A DNA stretch of 64,000 nucleotides from an uncultured Faecalibacterium sp. (GCA_964495385.1 CAZBVO010000004.1:20821-84820), one strand, 5' to 3'. Counted from the first letter of the stretch, positions 27,124 to 40,102 are shown. Numbers and translations: made by a program. Notes: a model not told the origin generated them from the sequence alone.

Positions 27124-30100
27124 TTGAATACTTCAACTTTAAAACGTTTAAGAATTTTGCTTGTGGCAACGGTGGTGCTTGTTGCCGTGGCTGTGGGAAG
27201 TTCGGTCGTTCCGTTTGTTTCGGGATCGACGGATACGGCCCGTGCCGATACGGCAAACAAACTCTGGAGCGAAGTTATCGAGGAAAAACTCGACAGCGGC
27301 TATTCCGGCAAAACCATTTGGCCGTCGCTTTACACTGCAAAGGGAACCGAAGAGGATCCGTACGTCATAACCACTGCCGAGCAGTTGGCGTTTTTTGCGT
27401 ACGTCGTAAACAACAGCAAAATGAATACGGCTGTGGTCGACGATGCCAAATTGAATTTTGTGTACGTTGCGGACGATCCGGACGGCATAAACGACAACGG
27501 CTACAAAATCGGCAACTTCAGCTTTGCCGGCAAAACCGTTTGTCTGAGGGCGGACATCGACATAAGCGCATACTATTGGGTGCGCATCGGCTATCAATAT
27601 TATGCCGAAAAGGACAACGCAAGCACTCCTCAGTCTTCTGCGGACGAGGGCGCAACGGGCAGCAGCGACAGCAATAAAACCAGCCGTCCGTTCCTCGGTA
27701 CTTTTACGGGTGCTAAGTACGACGGCGACGATTTGGTCGGAATATACACCATTTCCGGCCTTACCATAGACGAAACTCAGGAAGCTTACAAAACGGTTTC
27801 GGAAGCAGGCCAAGTCGTTTCGACGGGTTTGTTCGGATACGTCGGCGCACGTTATGACGCCGCCTACTACGACGAACTTGCCTCGGACGAGGAAGTCGCC
27901 ACCAAATACAACGAAAAGAACTCCGAAAACCAATACCGAAACAAAACCGTTATCGCAGGTACGGTAAGCAACGTCAGAATTTCGGACGCAAAAATCAACG
28001 TTCGCTACAGTGCGTACGTGGGTATAGTCGCAGGCGTCAACGCAGGCATCATTTCCGACTGCTACACTTACGGCAGCATAAGCGGCAACAGCTTTTTGAA
28101 TTCGCCTGCAATGGGCCCTTATTTCGGCGGTATCGCAGGTTACGTCAGAAACGGTGACATAATTCAATGCTCCAACCACGCAACGGTCGACGCAAACCAA
28201 TACGTTGTCGGCGGCATCGTCGGCAGGGCGAGCGTGGACACTATCGGTATGGAACCGTTCTCAGGCGTGAGAAACGCAAGCATCATCGGATGCACCAACC
28301 TCGGCGACGTGACGGGCGGCATCTCGGTGGGCGGCATCGTAGGCCACTCCACGGGTATGGTCAACAGCGCAAACAAAGGGCAGTACGTCATCAGTTCGTG
28401 CCGTAACGAAGGCAAAGTTTTGCACTCGGGCAAAACTTACAATGCCACCTCGGCCGCAGGCGGCCTTGTGGGCTACTTGCAATCGGGCGTCGTGACGGGA
28501 TGCTACGCTTATTATCCTTCTCGCACCGAGGCAGGCGTCGTGCTGGCTTCGGATACGACTTCAAAATCAATCCCTATCGGCGGATTGGCGGGCATTGCAA
28601 ACGGTACCGTCAACGCAAGCTATGCGTACGTTAACGTTGCAAACGACGTGTCTACTTCGGCAGGCGCATTGTTCGGCAGTGCAGTCATAAACGAACCGAA
28701 ATACGACTCCTATTATATCGTTGACGAATACACCTCCTCGTACGCCGACAAATATTTGCCGGGCAAAGAAGATACGGCCGTCGGAACCAAAGGTTACCGA
28801 AAAATGTCGCTTGCGGACGTTACGGGAAACACTTCCGACGTCATCGCATCCGCATTCTCCGGCTGGAGCAACATCGAAAGTCCTCTGATGCCGAGCGATA
28901 AAAACTGGGTGTTCACGGCAGGCAATTTGCCTTCGCTTTCGATAAGGACGCTGAAAATCCGTTACGAAAACGTCAGCAACACCAAGTACGTTTACGACGG
29001 ACTCAACAAAGAAATCACCGTCGAGTTTTATCCTGCCGCCACCGAGTACGTTAGCGGCGAAAACTACGATTACGCTTACAACATCAAAGTTTTTTCGGGC
29101 AACAAAGTCATCCCTGACGGTTCGGGTTACTCAAACCTCGTCGAGGGAGGGAACATCGACGCAAAAGTCTCGGACGGCAAAATCACCTTGCCTATTAAGG
29201 ACGCAGGCGAATATCTTATCGTCGTCCGAGTGGTAAGCGACGATTTGAAAGGCTATTTCTACGGCGAGTTCGACTACACCGTGGCAAAGAAAGAACTTAA
29301 GGTTTTCATCGATTCCAAATCCGCTGTTTACGGCGAATCCAAGGATGCTTTTAACGATTTTACCGTCGACGGACTTGTCTCGGGCGACGTTTGTGGCGGC
29401 ACTATAACCAGAGCCGACGGCAAAAACGCAGGCGTTTACAGCTACAATCTGTCAACCGTCACCGTAAAGGATTCAAACGGAAACGACTCGGAAAACTACA
29501 ATTTGGTTTTGCAAAAAGTTAACGGCAAAACTCCTGTTTACACCATAAACAAAAAAGAGGTTAAAATCACCGATATAACTTCGTTGACCATGCCTTACGG
29601 TCATCGCAGTGCCAACTACTTTGCCGATCAGGCGCATGCTCAAGCGGTTGCGTCGGTGCAGAGCGGCGTTATAACGGGCGACACGGTAAACATCAAGGAA
29701 TTGCGCTTTACCGATGCCGAATCCGCCGTTTTGGATGCGGCCACCTACGAGGGCCGACTGCACTTGTCCGAAGTTGTTTTGACCAACTCAAACTACTACG
29801 TCAACGTTTCTTCGGCAAAGGCCATCGACCTTATTGTTTCCAAGGTGCAATTGCAGATAGCCTCTACCGCCGCCGAACGCACGTACAACAAGCCTTACGG
29901 CACCGATTACGTTTCGTTCGAGAACTACGGCTACAGCGTTACCACGCAAGATAACGAAGTTATCCCTGAAAGCACGGCGCGCCTGTTGGGCATAACGTTC
30001 GTGTCGGAAGGTGCGGCAAAAACCGCTGCATACGATCAAAAATATCCTGTTTACGTTGCGGGAATTCAAAATCAAAACTATACGGTTTCGACCGAGGAAG

Positions 30101-32952
30101 TTGTCGGTTACATATTCGTCAAAGCTCCTCCTACGATAAGCTTGCGCGACGACGCTGCCATCGAAATCGCAACCAAGTATTACGACGGAACCAATTCGGC
30201 TCAGCTTTCCGACGGCTTTACCTTGCAAAGCGGAATGTTCGAAAATTGGGACGGCAGCATTATGACTGTTTTGCCGCAGGCGGAATTTTTCTTCCAAAGT
30301 GCAAACGTGGGCGAGAATATTTCTGTTGACGTGGTGTTCACCGTTCCGGAGGGCAGCCCGTACGGCATGCTTAAAACAAAATATACCGCCGTTGCAAAGG
30401 CCGACATCGCAAAGAGGGAAGTTACCGTAAACGTAGCCGATTGCTCAGTTGTTTACGGAACCTGGAACGTCGAAACGGGCGCGTATGCGATACCTTACGT
30501 GCTTGATTATACCTTCGCAGGGGACGGCTTGACCGCAGAGTCGAGCGCAAAACTGGGGAGAGAATTGGATGCGGTTCTTCTTTCCGGACACACTTTAAGC
30601 ATCACCGAAGGTGCAAAATATGCCGGCGAATACAAAGTGTCCGGCGACGTAAACTTCGATGAAGCGTCGCTTTCAAACTTCTTCCTGAAGCGCGGCAAAA
30701 CCGTCATCGAGGGCAGGGATGACGCGGATTCGGCGACGGTTACCGTATCGAAACGTACGGTAAGCATTCCGTCCGACTTCCTCACGTCCTCGTCCAAAGA
30801 ATATGACGGCACCACCGCTATCGCCATCAAGGTGAACGGCGAAACCAAGGTCGCCGGCGAAAATTGCTATTTTGTGCACTCGACGGGCGTTCTGGCCGAA
30901 GATTCTTCCGACCACGGCGATGCAACCGGACTTTATTTCGTTTTTGCTTCCGAGTTCACCAGCCCTAACGTAGGACAGGCGGCGGCAAAGGTTAAGTTGA
31001 CGCTTATGGGACAAAACAAATCGTCCTATGCTTTCGAAAACGGTTCGGACGTGTACGAGCTTACCATTCAGGGCGTTGAAATCACCCCGAGAAAGTTGAC
31101 CTTGACTTACACCAAACGTATGTTCGAGGCGGAATTCGGCACAAACGTTTTGTCGGTTTTGGAATACGACCTCGTGGGCATTGACGGCCTCGAAGCCGAA
31201 AGAGCGGAAATCAACGCCGCCTTGAACTTCGGCGTCGAAGGGCACGAAAGCGGCGAAAAACTGCTTCCGGGGCTGTACAACGTAACCTTCAGTCAAAATG
31301 CAAGCCTCAAAAATTACGTAGTTACTATCGACGAAGGCAAAGAAGCTCAAATCAAAGTGGTTACGGCGGTTGTGGGCAACTTGACTTTTGAATCGTCGAC
31401 GTACGAATTCGTTTACGGCAACAAGGTGGACTATCCGTCGCCGATGCTTTCGAAAGGCGGCTCGCTGGGCGTCGTGGACAATTCGAAGATGTCCGTTTCG
31501 TTGGAACTTAAACAGGGTGGCAACACCGTTTCGATGACCGGCACGCTTAATGCCGGCGAATACGTTCTCGTGTGCTCGGCAACGGCAAAAGAAGGCTATT
31601 CCTTCACGGGCGGCAGCAAAACCACCACTGCCGAGTGCCGTATCAAAATCGCCAAAAAAGACGTTTACGTTTCCGCACCTAATTTGACTACGGTGCAGGG
31701 TAAACCTGTGGAACTTGACGACGTCGAACTTTCCGACCTCGTTTACTGGACGGTTGAAGACGGCGCTCCTTGCCGTATCGAATACTCTAAACTCGGCGAA
31801 GTGGGCGGAACGTTTAAGTTGGCCTCCACAAATGCCGCCGCAGACAGGGCCGGAAGCTTCAACATCACTTTCGTTTCGAGCGATTTCAACCTCAGAAGCA
31901 CCAACTACAAATTTACGGCAATCACTGCCGAAACCGTCGGATTCGGTTCGGATTACGTGGGCAAACTTACCGTAGGCGTCAACGATTTCACCATAGTCGA
32001 GGACGACGAAACGGGCATTAAAGTCAGCGATTTCAACGATAACTCGACGGGCGAACTGGAAATGACCATATCAAAAGTGACCGACCTTACGGCGTTGAAG
32101 GCTCAGCTTACGTCCAAACAAACCGTGGTTGCAAGCTTTGAAATTTACGTCGAAAAGGACGGCGAAGAATATACCTGCAAAAATGCGTTTACGGTCAGAA
32201 TTCCTGTGCCGACCGCTTACGTGGACGGCGAACGTTACGAAATAGACGTAAAAGTTTTGGGCGACGACGGAACCATCGTGGACACCAAGGGCATCATTCT
32301 CGAATCGGACGATGGCGGATATTATGCAAAATTGACAATCAAAAACAACGGCAGCTACGTTCTTATCGTAAAGGAACTGGAGGCTCCTCGTCAAGGCAAC
32401 GAAAACCTTGTCAAAATGCTTATTGCCGCCGGTGCCGTGCTTATCTTGATCGCAACCGTCGTTACGATAGTGCTTATCAAACGTTCGCAAAAGGCGCAAA
32501 AGGATTCGGAAGTTTTGGCTCAGAATGCGGTGGAAAGCGTCAGAGACACAAGGGTTACAACCCCTGAAGATGCCGCAATCAGAGAAGCGCTCAAATACAA
32601 AAACGCCGAAAATCCTATGGCTCCGCAACCTTCGGCAAACGTTCCTTTGCAACAACCGTCGCCACAAGCGGCCGTGCAACAAAACGTTCGTCCGCAAGTG
32701 CAACCTCAGGCTCAACAAAGGCCGACTGCTCAGCCGCAAATGCAACCTCAGGCTCAGCAAAGGCCGACGGCTCAGCCGACTGCGCAACCGAGACCGCAAC
32801 AAGCTCGTCCGACCGCTCAACAGCCGATGCAACAAAGGCCGCAGGCCCGTCCTCAGCAAATGCCTCAGGCACCTCAAAAGATGACTGCGGAACAGCGCGC
32901 GGAAATGATTCGTCGAGCAAGCGGAAACGGCGATCAGAACGGTAAAAAATAA
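27124..32952 (+). CDS. very large cell-surface protein: signal peptide, GLUG-motif region, MBG/YDG-type repeat domains, C-terminal TM anchor and Q/P-rich cytoplasmic tail
   Basis: 1942-aa ORF with a TTG start 5 nt after GAGGGGG. The N-terminal hydrophobic signal is LLVATVVLVAVAV. There are many GG(I/L)(V/A)G GLUG-like motifs up to about aa 560. Repeats with AVYGE/YGT...NYN (MBG-like) and (K/E)YYDGT (YDG-like) follow. The TM is MLIAAGAVLILIATVVTIVLI near aa 1765, and no LPXTG is present. Confidence 0.8.
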   Translation: MNTSTLKRLRILLVATVVLVAVAVGSSVVPFVSGSTDTARADTANKLWSEVIEEKLDSGYSGKTIWPSLYTAKGTEEDPYVITTAEQLAFFAYVVNNSKMNTAVVDDAKLNFVYVADDPDGINDNGYKIGNFSFAGKTVCLRADIDISAYYWVRIGYQYYAEKDNASTPQSSADEGATGSSDSNKTSRPFLGTFTGAKYDGDDLVGIYTISGLTIDETQEAYKTVSEAGQVVSTGLFGYVGARYDAAYYDELASDEEVATKYNEKNSENQYRNKTVIAGTVSNVRISDAKINVRYSAYVGIVAGVNAGIISDCYTYGSISGNSFLNSPAMGPYFGGIAGYVRNGDIIQCSNHATVDANQYVVGGIVGRASVDTIGMEPFSGVRNASIIGCTNLGDVTGGISVGGIVGHSTGMVNSANKGQYVISSCRNEGKVLHSGKTYNATSAAGGLVGYLQSGVVTGCYAYYPSRTEAGVVLASDTTSKSIPIGGLAGIANGTVNASYAYVNVANDVSTSAGALFGSAVINEPKYDSYYIVDEYTSSYADKYLPGKEDTAVGTKGYRKMSLADVTGNTSDVIASAFSGWSNIESPLMPSDKNWVFTAGNLPSLSIRTLKIRYENVSNTKYVYDGLNKEITVEFYPAATEYVSGENYDYAYNIKVFSGNKVIPDGSGYSNLVEGGNIDAKVSDGKITLPIKDAGEYLIVVRVVSDDLKGYFYGEFDYTVAKKELKVFIDSKSAVYGESKDAFNDFTVDGLVSGDVCGGTITRADGKNAGVYSYNLSTVTVKDSNGNDSENYNLVLQKVNGKTPVYTINKKEVKITDITSLTMPYGHRSANYFADQAHAQAVASVQSGVITGDTVNIKELRFTDAESAVLDAATYEGRLHLSEVVLTNSNYYVNVSSAKAIDLIVSKVQLQIASTAAERTYNKPYGTDYVSFENYGYSVTTQDNEVIPESTARLLGITFVSEGAAKTAAYDQKYPVYVAGIQNQNYTVSTEEVVGYIFVKAPPTISLRDDAAIEIATKYYDGTNSAQLSDGFTLQSGMFENWDGSIMTVLPQAEFFFQSANVGENISVDVVFTVPEGSPYGMLKTKYTAVAKADIAKREVTVNVADCSVVYGTWNVETGAYAIPYVLDYTFAGDGLTAESSAKLGRELDAVLLSGHTLSITEGAKYAGEYKVSGDVNFDEASLSNFFLKRGKTVIEGRDDADSATVTVSKRTVSIPSDFLTSSSKEYDGTTAIAIKVNGETKVAGENCYFVHSTGVLAEDSSDHGDATGLYFVFASEFTSPNVGQAAAKVKLTLMGQNKSSYAFENGSDVYELTIQGVEITPRKLTLTYTKRMFEAEFGTNVLSVLEYDLVGIDGLEAERAEINAALNFGVEGHESGEKLLPGLYNVTFSQNASLKNYVVTIDEGKEAQIKVVTAVVGNLTFESSTYEFVYGNKVDYPSPMLSKGGSLGVVDNSKMSVSLELKQGGNTVSMTGTLNAGEYVLVCSATAKEGYSFTGGSKTTTAECRIKIAKKDVYVSAPNLTTVQGKPVELDDVELSDLVYWTVEDGAPCRIEYSKLGEVGGTFKLASTNAAADRAGSFNITFVSSDFNLRSTNYKFTAITAETVGFGSDYVGKLTVGVNDFTIVEDDETGIKVSDFNDNSTGELEMTISKVTDLTALKAQLTSKQTVVASFEIYVEKDGEEYTCKNAFTVRIPVPTAYVDGERYEIDVKVLGDDGTIVDTKGIILESDDGGYYAKLTIKNNGSYVLIVKELEAPRQGNENLVKMLIAAGAVLILIATVVTIVLIKRSQKAQKDSEVLAQNAVESVRDTRVTTPEDAAIREALKYKNAENPMAPQPSANVPLQQPSPQAAVQQNVRPQVQPQAQQRPTAQPQMQPQAQQRPTAQPTAQPRPQQARPTAQQPMQQRPQARPQQMPQAPQKMTAEQRAEMIRRASGNGDQNGKK
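32701..32778 (+). repeat. two tandem 42-nt units in the cytoplasmic tail of the giant protein (QPQAQQRPTAQPxx)
   Basis: The 36-nt cores at 32701-32736 and 32743-32778 differ at 2 positions. Confidence 0.8.
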
Positions 32953-32965
32953 AAACATAACTTTC

Positions 32966-32998
32966 GGCGACGGATTTTAAAGGTCCGTCGCCGTTTGT
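32966..32998 (+). terminator. intrinsic terminator after the giant surface protein gene
   Basis: GGCGACGGA-(9 nt)-TCCGTCGCC followed by GTTTGT. Confidence 0.65.
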
Positions 32999-33050
32999 AT
33001 TAAGGTTATATTAAGAATTGTATTGTATACTAATTTTTGTTGAATAATTG

Positions 33051-33079
33051 TAGACAATAATTGTTGTTTGAGGTATAAT
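33051..33079 (+). promoter_or_regulatory. promoter candidate TAGACA-17-TATAAT for rpiB plus the V-ATPase operon
   Basis: TAGACA at 33051-33056, TATAAT at 33074-33079, in an AT-rich spacer after the upstream terminator. Confidence 0.55.
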
Positions 33080-33109
33080 ATCCTTAACAAATTTTAGGGG
33101 GAAATTGTC

Positions 33110-33559
33110 ATGAAAATTGCAATAGGAAACGATCACGGCGGCCTTAATTTGAAAGAAGCCGTTATAGAGGTATTGAAGGCGGAAGGTGCGGAGGTTTTGA
33201 ATTTCGGAACCGACACTCCGGACAGCGTGGATTATCCCGATTATTCCGTGCAGGTTGCAGAAGCCGTGGCTTCGGGAGAGGCGGATGCCGGCGTTTTGCT
33301 GTGCGGAACGGGCATAGGCATTTCCATTGCCGCAAACAAAGTTAAGGGCATCAGGTGTGCCGTTGTCGTCAACGAGTTTACCGCCGAGGCCACAAAAGAG
33401 CATAACAACGCCAACATCATCGCTATGGGCGGACGTGTAATAAGCCCTGAAATGGCGGCAAAATGCACCAAAATTTGGCTTGAAACCAAGTTTGCAGGCG
33501 GCAGACATCAAAACAGAATCGACAAAATTTCGAAAATAGAGGAAAAATATTTTAAATAA
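33110..33559 (+). CDS. rpiB: ribose-5-phosphate isomerase B
   Basis: 149 aa with MKIAIGNDHGG and LLCGTGIGISIAANK motifs. Confidence 0.9.
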   Translation: MKIAIGNDHGGLNLKEAVIEVLKAEGAEVLNFGTDTPDSVDYPDYSVQVAEAVASGEADAGVLLCGTGIGISIAANKVKGIRCAVVVNEFTAEATKEHNNANIIAMGGRVISPEMAAKCTKIWLETKFAGGRHQNRIDKISKIEEKYFK

Positions 33560-33589
33560 TCCGACGTTGTCGGACAATAGAGGTAACAA

Positions 33590-33905
33590 ATGGGTATTGA
33601 GGAAATCATCCTTTCCATACACGAGGCCGAAATGAAGGCCGACGGCATCCTAAACGATGCGGCCGAGCAGGCCAAAAGCGTACGAATGGAGGCGGATAAG
33701 GAGACGGAACGAATTTTGAAGGAAATGTCCGAAAAGCAAAAAAGTTCCGCAAGGCTTATGGCTTCGAACGCCGAAGTCGCCGCTGCCGCAAAAGGCAACG
33801 AACGGCTCAACTTGGGCAGAAAAGAGGCTAAAAAAGTTTACGATGCCGCTATGACAAAGGTCGATGAGGCCGCAGAATATATCGTGAGGAGGTTTGCGGA
33901 AACTT

Positions 33906-33919
<14 letters not shown>
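33590..33919 (+). CDS. V-type ATPase peripheral-stalk subunit (G/H-like; NtpF position)
   Basis: 109-aa charged coiled-coil protein (EAEMKADGILNDAAEQAKSVRMEADKE...). It is the first gene of the operon, immediately before subunit I, as in E. hirae ntpF and Thermus atpG. The call rests mainly on context. Confidence 0.5.
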
Positions 33920-36399
<2,480 letters not shown>

Positions 36400-36412
36400 A
36401 ACAGAGGTCAAA

Positions 36413-37009
36413 ATGGACGGGCAACAAAAAATTATCGATAAAATTATTTCCGACGCAACCGCCGAAGCGGGCGAAATTTTGTCCGAAGCGGTGAAAAAAG
36501 CCGAAGAAATTGTCGAAAAAAGTCGTGGCGAAGCACAGGCCGAGTACGATGCGTTTGTGAAAAAAGCGCAAAAGAGCGGAGAGGAAACGGTAAAACGTCG
36601 CCTCACCGTCAGCGAACTCGAGGTGAAAAAGATAGTGCTTTCGGCAAAAAAGCAGGCGGTTGACAACGCATTTGATGCTGCCGCCGAACGCTTGTGTTCG
36701 CTGCCTAAGGACGAATACGTTGCGCTTGTCGGGGCGATGATTGCTTCGGCCGCATCCGACGGCGACGTCGTAACGGTTGCTGAAAAGGACAAAAAACTTT
36801 TCACGAAGGCGTATTTTTCCGAAATTTCCGAAAAAATCGGCAAAAAGCTGATTCTTTCCGATACGTTCGGCGATTTTTCGGGAGGGGTGATTTTGTCGGG
36901 ACACGGTGTCGACAAGAACCTTACTTTTGAATCGGAACTTAAACTTTTGAGGGACGAAATCGAACCCGAAGTTGCAAAAATAATGTTTTCAAACGGTAGT
37001 AAATCATGA
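36413..37009 (+). CDS. ntpE: V-type ATPase subunit E
   Basis: 198 aa. The N-terminal long helix is rich in A/E/K, and a C-terminal globular part is present. The position between K and C fits. Confidence 0.75.
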   Translation: MDGQQKIIDKIISDATAEAGEILSEAVKKAEEIVEKSRGEAQAEYDAFVKKAQKSGEETVKRRLTVSELEVKKIVLSAKKQAVDNAFDAAAERLCSLPKDEYVALVGAMIASAASDGDVVTVAEKDKKLFTKAYFSEISEKIGKKLILSDTFGDFSGGVILSGHGVDKNLTFESELKLLRDEIEPEVAKIMFSNGSKS

Positions 37010-38007
37010 CCGACGCAGGGCTTTTATATTCAAACGCACGCATAAAAACCATGGAAAAAACGCTAGTTTCGTCTTTGCAGATGGAGCGGCTTTCCGATGC
37101 GAAAAATATGGCCGAAGTTGCGGCAATGCTCACCGAGTTCGGATACGGTGCAGGGACGGTTGCAGGCGATGCCGCATCCGTCGACAACGCCTTAGAGGCC
37201 GAACGTGCGGTCGCAACCGGGTTTTTTAAAGAAAACATATTCAAAAAAAGCGGACTTGAAACCTTGCTTTTGCCGCACGATTATCACAATTTGAAGTCGC
37301 TTTTGAAGGCAAAATACGCAGGAGTCAAGGACGTTTCCGCCTTGCTTTTTACCGACGGATTTGTGGATGTGAAAACACTTAAAGAGGCGGTTTTCGGCGA
37401 CGAGGACGCAAAGGGTGAACTTCCCGAAAGAATGCTTGCCGTAATCGACACCGTCGAAAACGAGTTTTCGGACAAAACTCCGTCGGGACGTTTTATCGAC
37501 AACGCGGCGGACAGGGCGGCATACGAGGAGATTTTTTGCATTTTGAAAAAGTGCAATTCCGAGTGCTTGACCAAGTATTACGTCGTCAAAGTAGATTTGT
37601 TGAATTTGAAAAACCTGTTCAGAGTCAAGTCGGCAGGGCTTAGCTTTTTGTCGTTTGAGGAAGGATATTTGCCGGAAGGTAAAATTTCGAAAAACTATTT
37701 TGAACAGATTTTCGAGCTGCCGTCAGAAGAAAAAGCAAAGAAAATCGCCTTTGATTTTTCCGATTACGCACGTGCTGCCGAAATTTTGCTTGCCGACGAC
37801 GCGGCAACGTTTGAAACTTATGCGGCAAACGTCGGCTTGAAAGTTTTCAGAGACGACAGAAACGACATGTTTTCGGTTGCTCCGATAGCAGGTTTTTATC
37901 TTGCAAAAATCACCGAACTCGATTCGGTGCGGCTTATTGTCTCGGCGGTCAGAAACGGCGTGGACAAACAACAACTTAAAAAGAGGCTGAGAGAACTTTA
38001 TGCGTAA
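37006..38007 (+). CDS. ntpC: V-type ATPase subunit C (V0 d-type)
   Basis: 333 aa. The N-terminal YSNARIKTMEK motif is typical of prokaryotic subunit C. ATGA overlap with the E stop. Confidence 0.75.
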   Translation: MTDAGLLYSNARIKTMEKTLVSSLQMERLSDAKNMAEVAAMLTEFGYGAGTVAGDAASVDNALEAERAVATGFFKENIFKKSGLETLLLPHDYHNLKSLLKAKYAGVKDVSALLFTDGFVDVKTLKEAVFGDEDAKGELPERMLAVIDTVENEFSDKTPSGRFIDNAADRAAYEEIFCILKKCNSECLTKYYVVKVDLLNLKNLFRVKSAGLSFLSFEEGYLPEGKISKNYFEQIFELPSEEKAKKIAFDFSDYARAAEILLADDAATFETYAANVGLKVFRDDRNDMFSVAPIAGFYLAKITELDSVRLIVSAVRNGVDKQQLKKRLRELYA

Positions 38008-38320
38008 CGACAGAATCGCCGTTGTGGGCGACAAGGATTCGGTTTTGGCTTTTAAAGCCGTTGGATTGGACGTGTTTCCGATAAACGACGTTGCGGAAGC
38101 GGAGCATACCGTCAAGGTGCTTGCTCGCGATTATGCAATCATTTTCGTCACCGAAGAGGTTGCGATGGCCGCCGCCGAACTTTTGAAACGCTACAAATCG
38201 CGTCCGTATCCCGCAATAATCCCCATTCCGTCCAATGCCGGTACAAACGGCTTCGGAATGCAGGGCGTAAAAGCGGACGTCGAGAAGGCAATAGGCGCAG
38301 ATATTTTATTTAACAATTAA
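38000..38320 (+). CDS. ntpG: V-type ATPase subunit F
   Basis: 106 aa. IAVVGDKDSVLAFKAVGLDVF is the typical subunit F N-terminus. It overlaps the end of C by 8 nt. Confidence 0.8.
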   Translation: MRNDRIAVVGDKDSVLAFKAVGLDVFPINDVAEAEHTVKVLARDYAIIFVTEEVAMAAAELLKRYKSRPYPAIIPIPSNAGTNGFGMQGVKADVEKAIGADILFNN

Positions 38321-38338
38321 CGAGGTATCGAGGTATAT

Positions 38339-40102
38339 ATGAACAATACAGGTAAAATCGTCAAGGTCAGCGGACCGCTTATCGTTGCCGAAAACATGGC
38401 GGACGTTAAAATGTACGACGTGGTGAAGGTTTCGGACAAGGGACTTATCGGCGAAGTGATCGAACTTAGGGGCGATAAGGCTTCCATTCAGGTGTATGAG
38501 GAAACAGGCGGTTTGGGCGTAGGAGAAAAAGTGGTTTCGACGGGTATGCCGCTGTCGGTCGAACTGGCACCGGGGCTTATCGAGGGCATTTACGACGGAA
38601 TTCAGCGTCCGCTTGAAAAGCTTGCCGCCGCATCGGGCGACAGAATAGGGCGAGGTGTAAGCGTCAACGCAGTCGATCACGACAAAAAATGGCTTTTCCA
38701 TCCGACCGCAAAAGTCGGCACCAAGGTTTCGGCCGGCGACATAATCGGTTACGTCGACGAAACCCCTGCCGTTAAGCATCGTATTATGGTTCCGTACGGC
38801 ACCGAAGGCACCCTTACCGATATTTTCGAGGGCGAATTTAACGTGACTGAAACGGTTGCCGTTTTGGACGGCAAAACAAACGTAACCATGCTTCAGCGTT
38901 GGCCGGTCAGAAAGGGACGTCCGTACAGGGAAAAACTGACTCCGACCATGCCTATGGTTACCGGACAGAGAGTTATCGACACGCTGTTTCCTATAGCAAA
39001 AGGCGGCGTGGCTGCCGTTCCCGGCCCGTTCGGAAGCGGAAAAACGGTGGTTCAGCACCAGCTTGCCAAGTGGGCGGATGCGGAGATAATCGTGTACGTC
39101 GGTTGCGGCGAGCGCGGCAACGAAATGACGGACGTTTTGAACGAATTTCCGCAACTTACCGATCCGAAAACCGGTTATCCGCTTATGAAACGCACCGTGC
39201 TTATCGCAAATACTTCCGATATGCCTGTTGCGGCCAGAGAAGCGTCCATTTACACGGGCATCACCATTGCCGAGTACTTCAGGGACATGGGCTACAACGT
39301 GGCAATCATGGCCGACAGCACAAGCCGTTGGGCGGAAGCTTTGAGAGAAATGAGCGGTCGCTTGGAAGAAATGCCGGGCGAAGAAGGATATCCTGCTTAT
39401 TTGTCCTCGAGACTTGCCGAGTTCTACGAGCGTGCGGGCATAGTAAAAACGCTGGGTTCGGAGGAACGTGTGGGCAGTGTCAGCGCAATAGGTGCGGTCA
39501 GCCCTCCGGGAGGCGACCTTTCGGAACCTGTAAGTCAGGCAACGCTTAGGATAGTCAAAGTGTTTTGGGGCCTTTCGGCAAGCCTTGCGTATCGCAGACA
39601 TTTTCCTGCAATCGATTGGTTGCAAAGCTACAGCCTTTATGCCGACCGACTGAAAGGATGGTATGATTTTAACCTCGGCGAAAAATGGGCAAAAGACCGT
39701 GCCGAGATAATGAAAATTTTGCAAGAAGAGGCATCGTTGGACGAAATCGTTCGACTTGTCGGCATCGATGCGCTGTCGCCAAAGGACAGATTGGTTATGG
39801 AAACCGCAAAGTCCGTCAGGGAAGACTACTTGCATCAAAACGCTTTTCACGAAGTCGATACCTACGCTTCTTTGCAAAAACAGCTTGAGATGATGGAGCT
39901 TATTTTGGGTTGGTATCATCTCGGTTTGGAGGCGCTCGAAAACAACATCGACGTCGAGGATTACCTTGCACTTCCGATAAAGGAAAAAATCGGTCGCGCA
40001 AAATATATCCCGGAAAACGAAATCAGAAAGTTCGAAGACATAACAAGGGAACTCAAAGAACAGGCCATCGCTTTGGCCAACGAAGGAGTTGAAAATGCTT
40101 AA
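38339..40102 (+). CDS. ntpA: V-type ATPase catalytic subunit A
   Basis: 587 aa with Walker [23 protein letters not shown] and the GGDLSEPV motif. No intein is present (normal length). Confidence 0.95.
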   Translation: MNNTGKIVKVSGPLIVAENMADVKMYDVVKVSDKGLIGEVIELRGDKASIQVYEETGGLGVGEKVVSTGMPLSVELAPGLIEGIYDGIQRPLEKLAAASGDRIGRGVSVNAVDHDKKWLFHPTAKVGTKVSAGDIIGYVDETPAVKHRIMVPYGTEGTLTDIFEGEFNVTETVAVLDGKTNVTMLQRWPVRKGRPYREKLTPTMPMVTGQRVIDTLFPIAKGGVAAVPGPFGSGKTVVQHQLAKWADAEIIVYVGCGERGNEMTDVLNEFPQLTDPKTGYPLMKRTVLIANTSDMPVAAREASIYTGITIAEYFRDMGYNVAIMADSTSRWAEALREMSGRLEEMPGEEGYPAYLSSRLAEFYERAGIVKTLGSEERVGSVSAIGAVSPPGGDLSEPVSQATLRIVKVFWGLSASLAYRRHFPAIDWLQSYSLYADRLKGWYDFNLGEKWAKDRAEIMKILQEEASLDEIVRLVGIDALSPKDRLVMETAKSVREDYLHQNAFHEVDTYASLQKQLEMMELILGWYHLGLEALENNIDVEDYLALPIKEKIGRAKYIPENEIRKFEDITRELKEQAIALANEGVENA

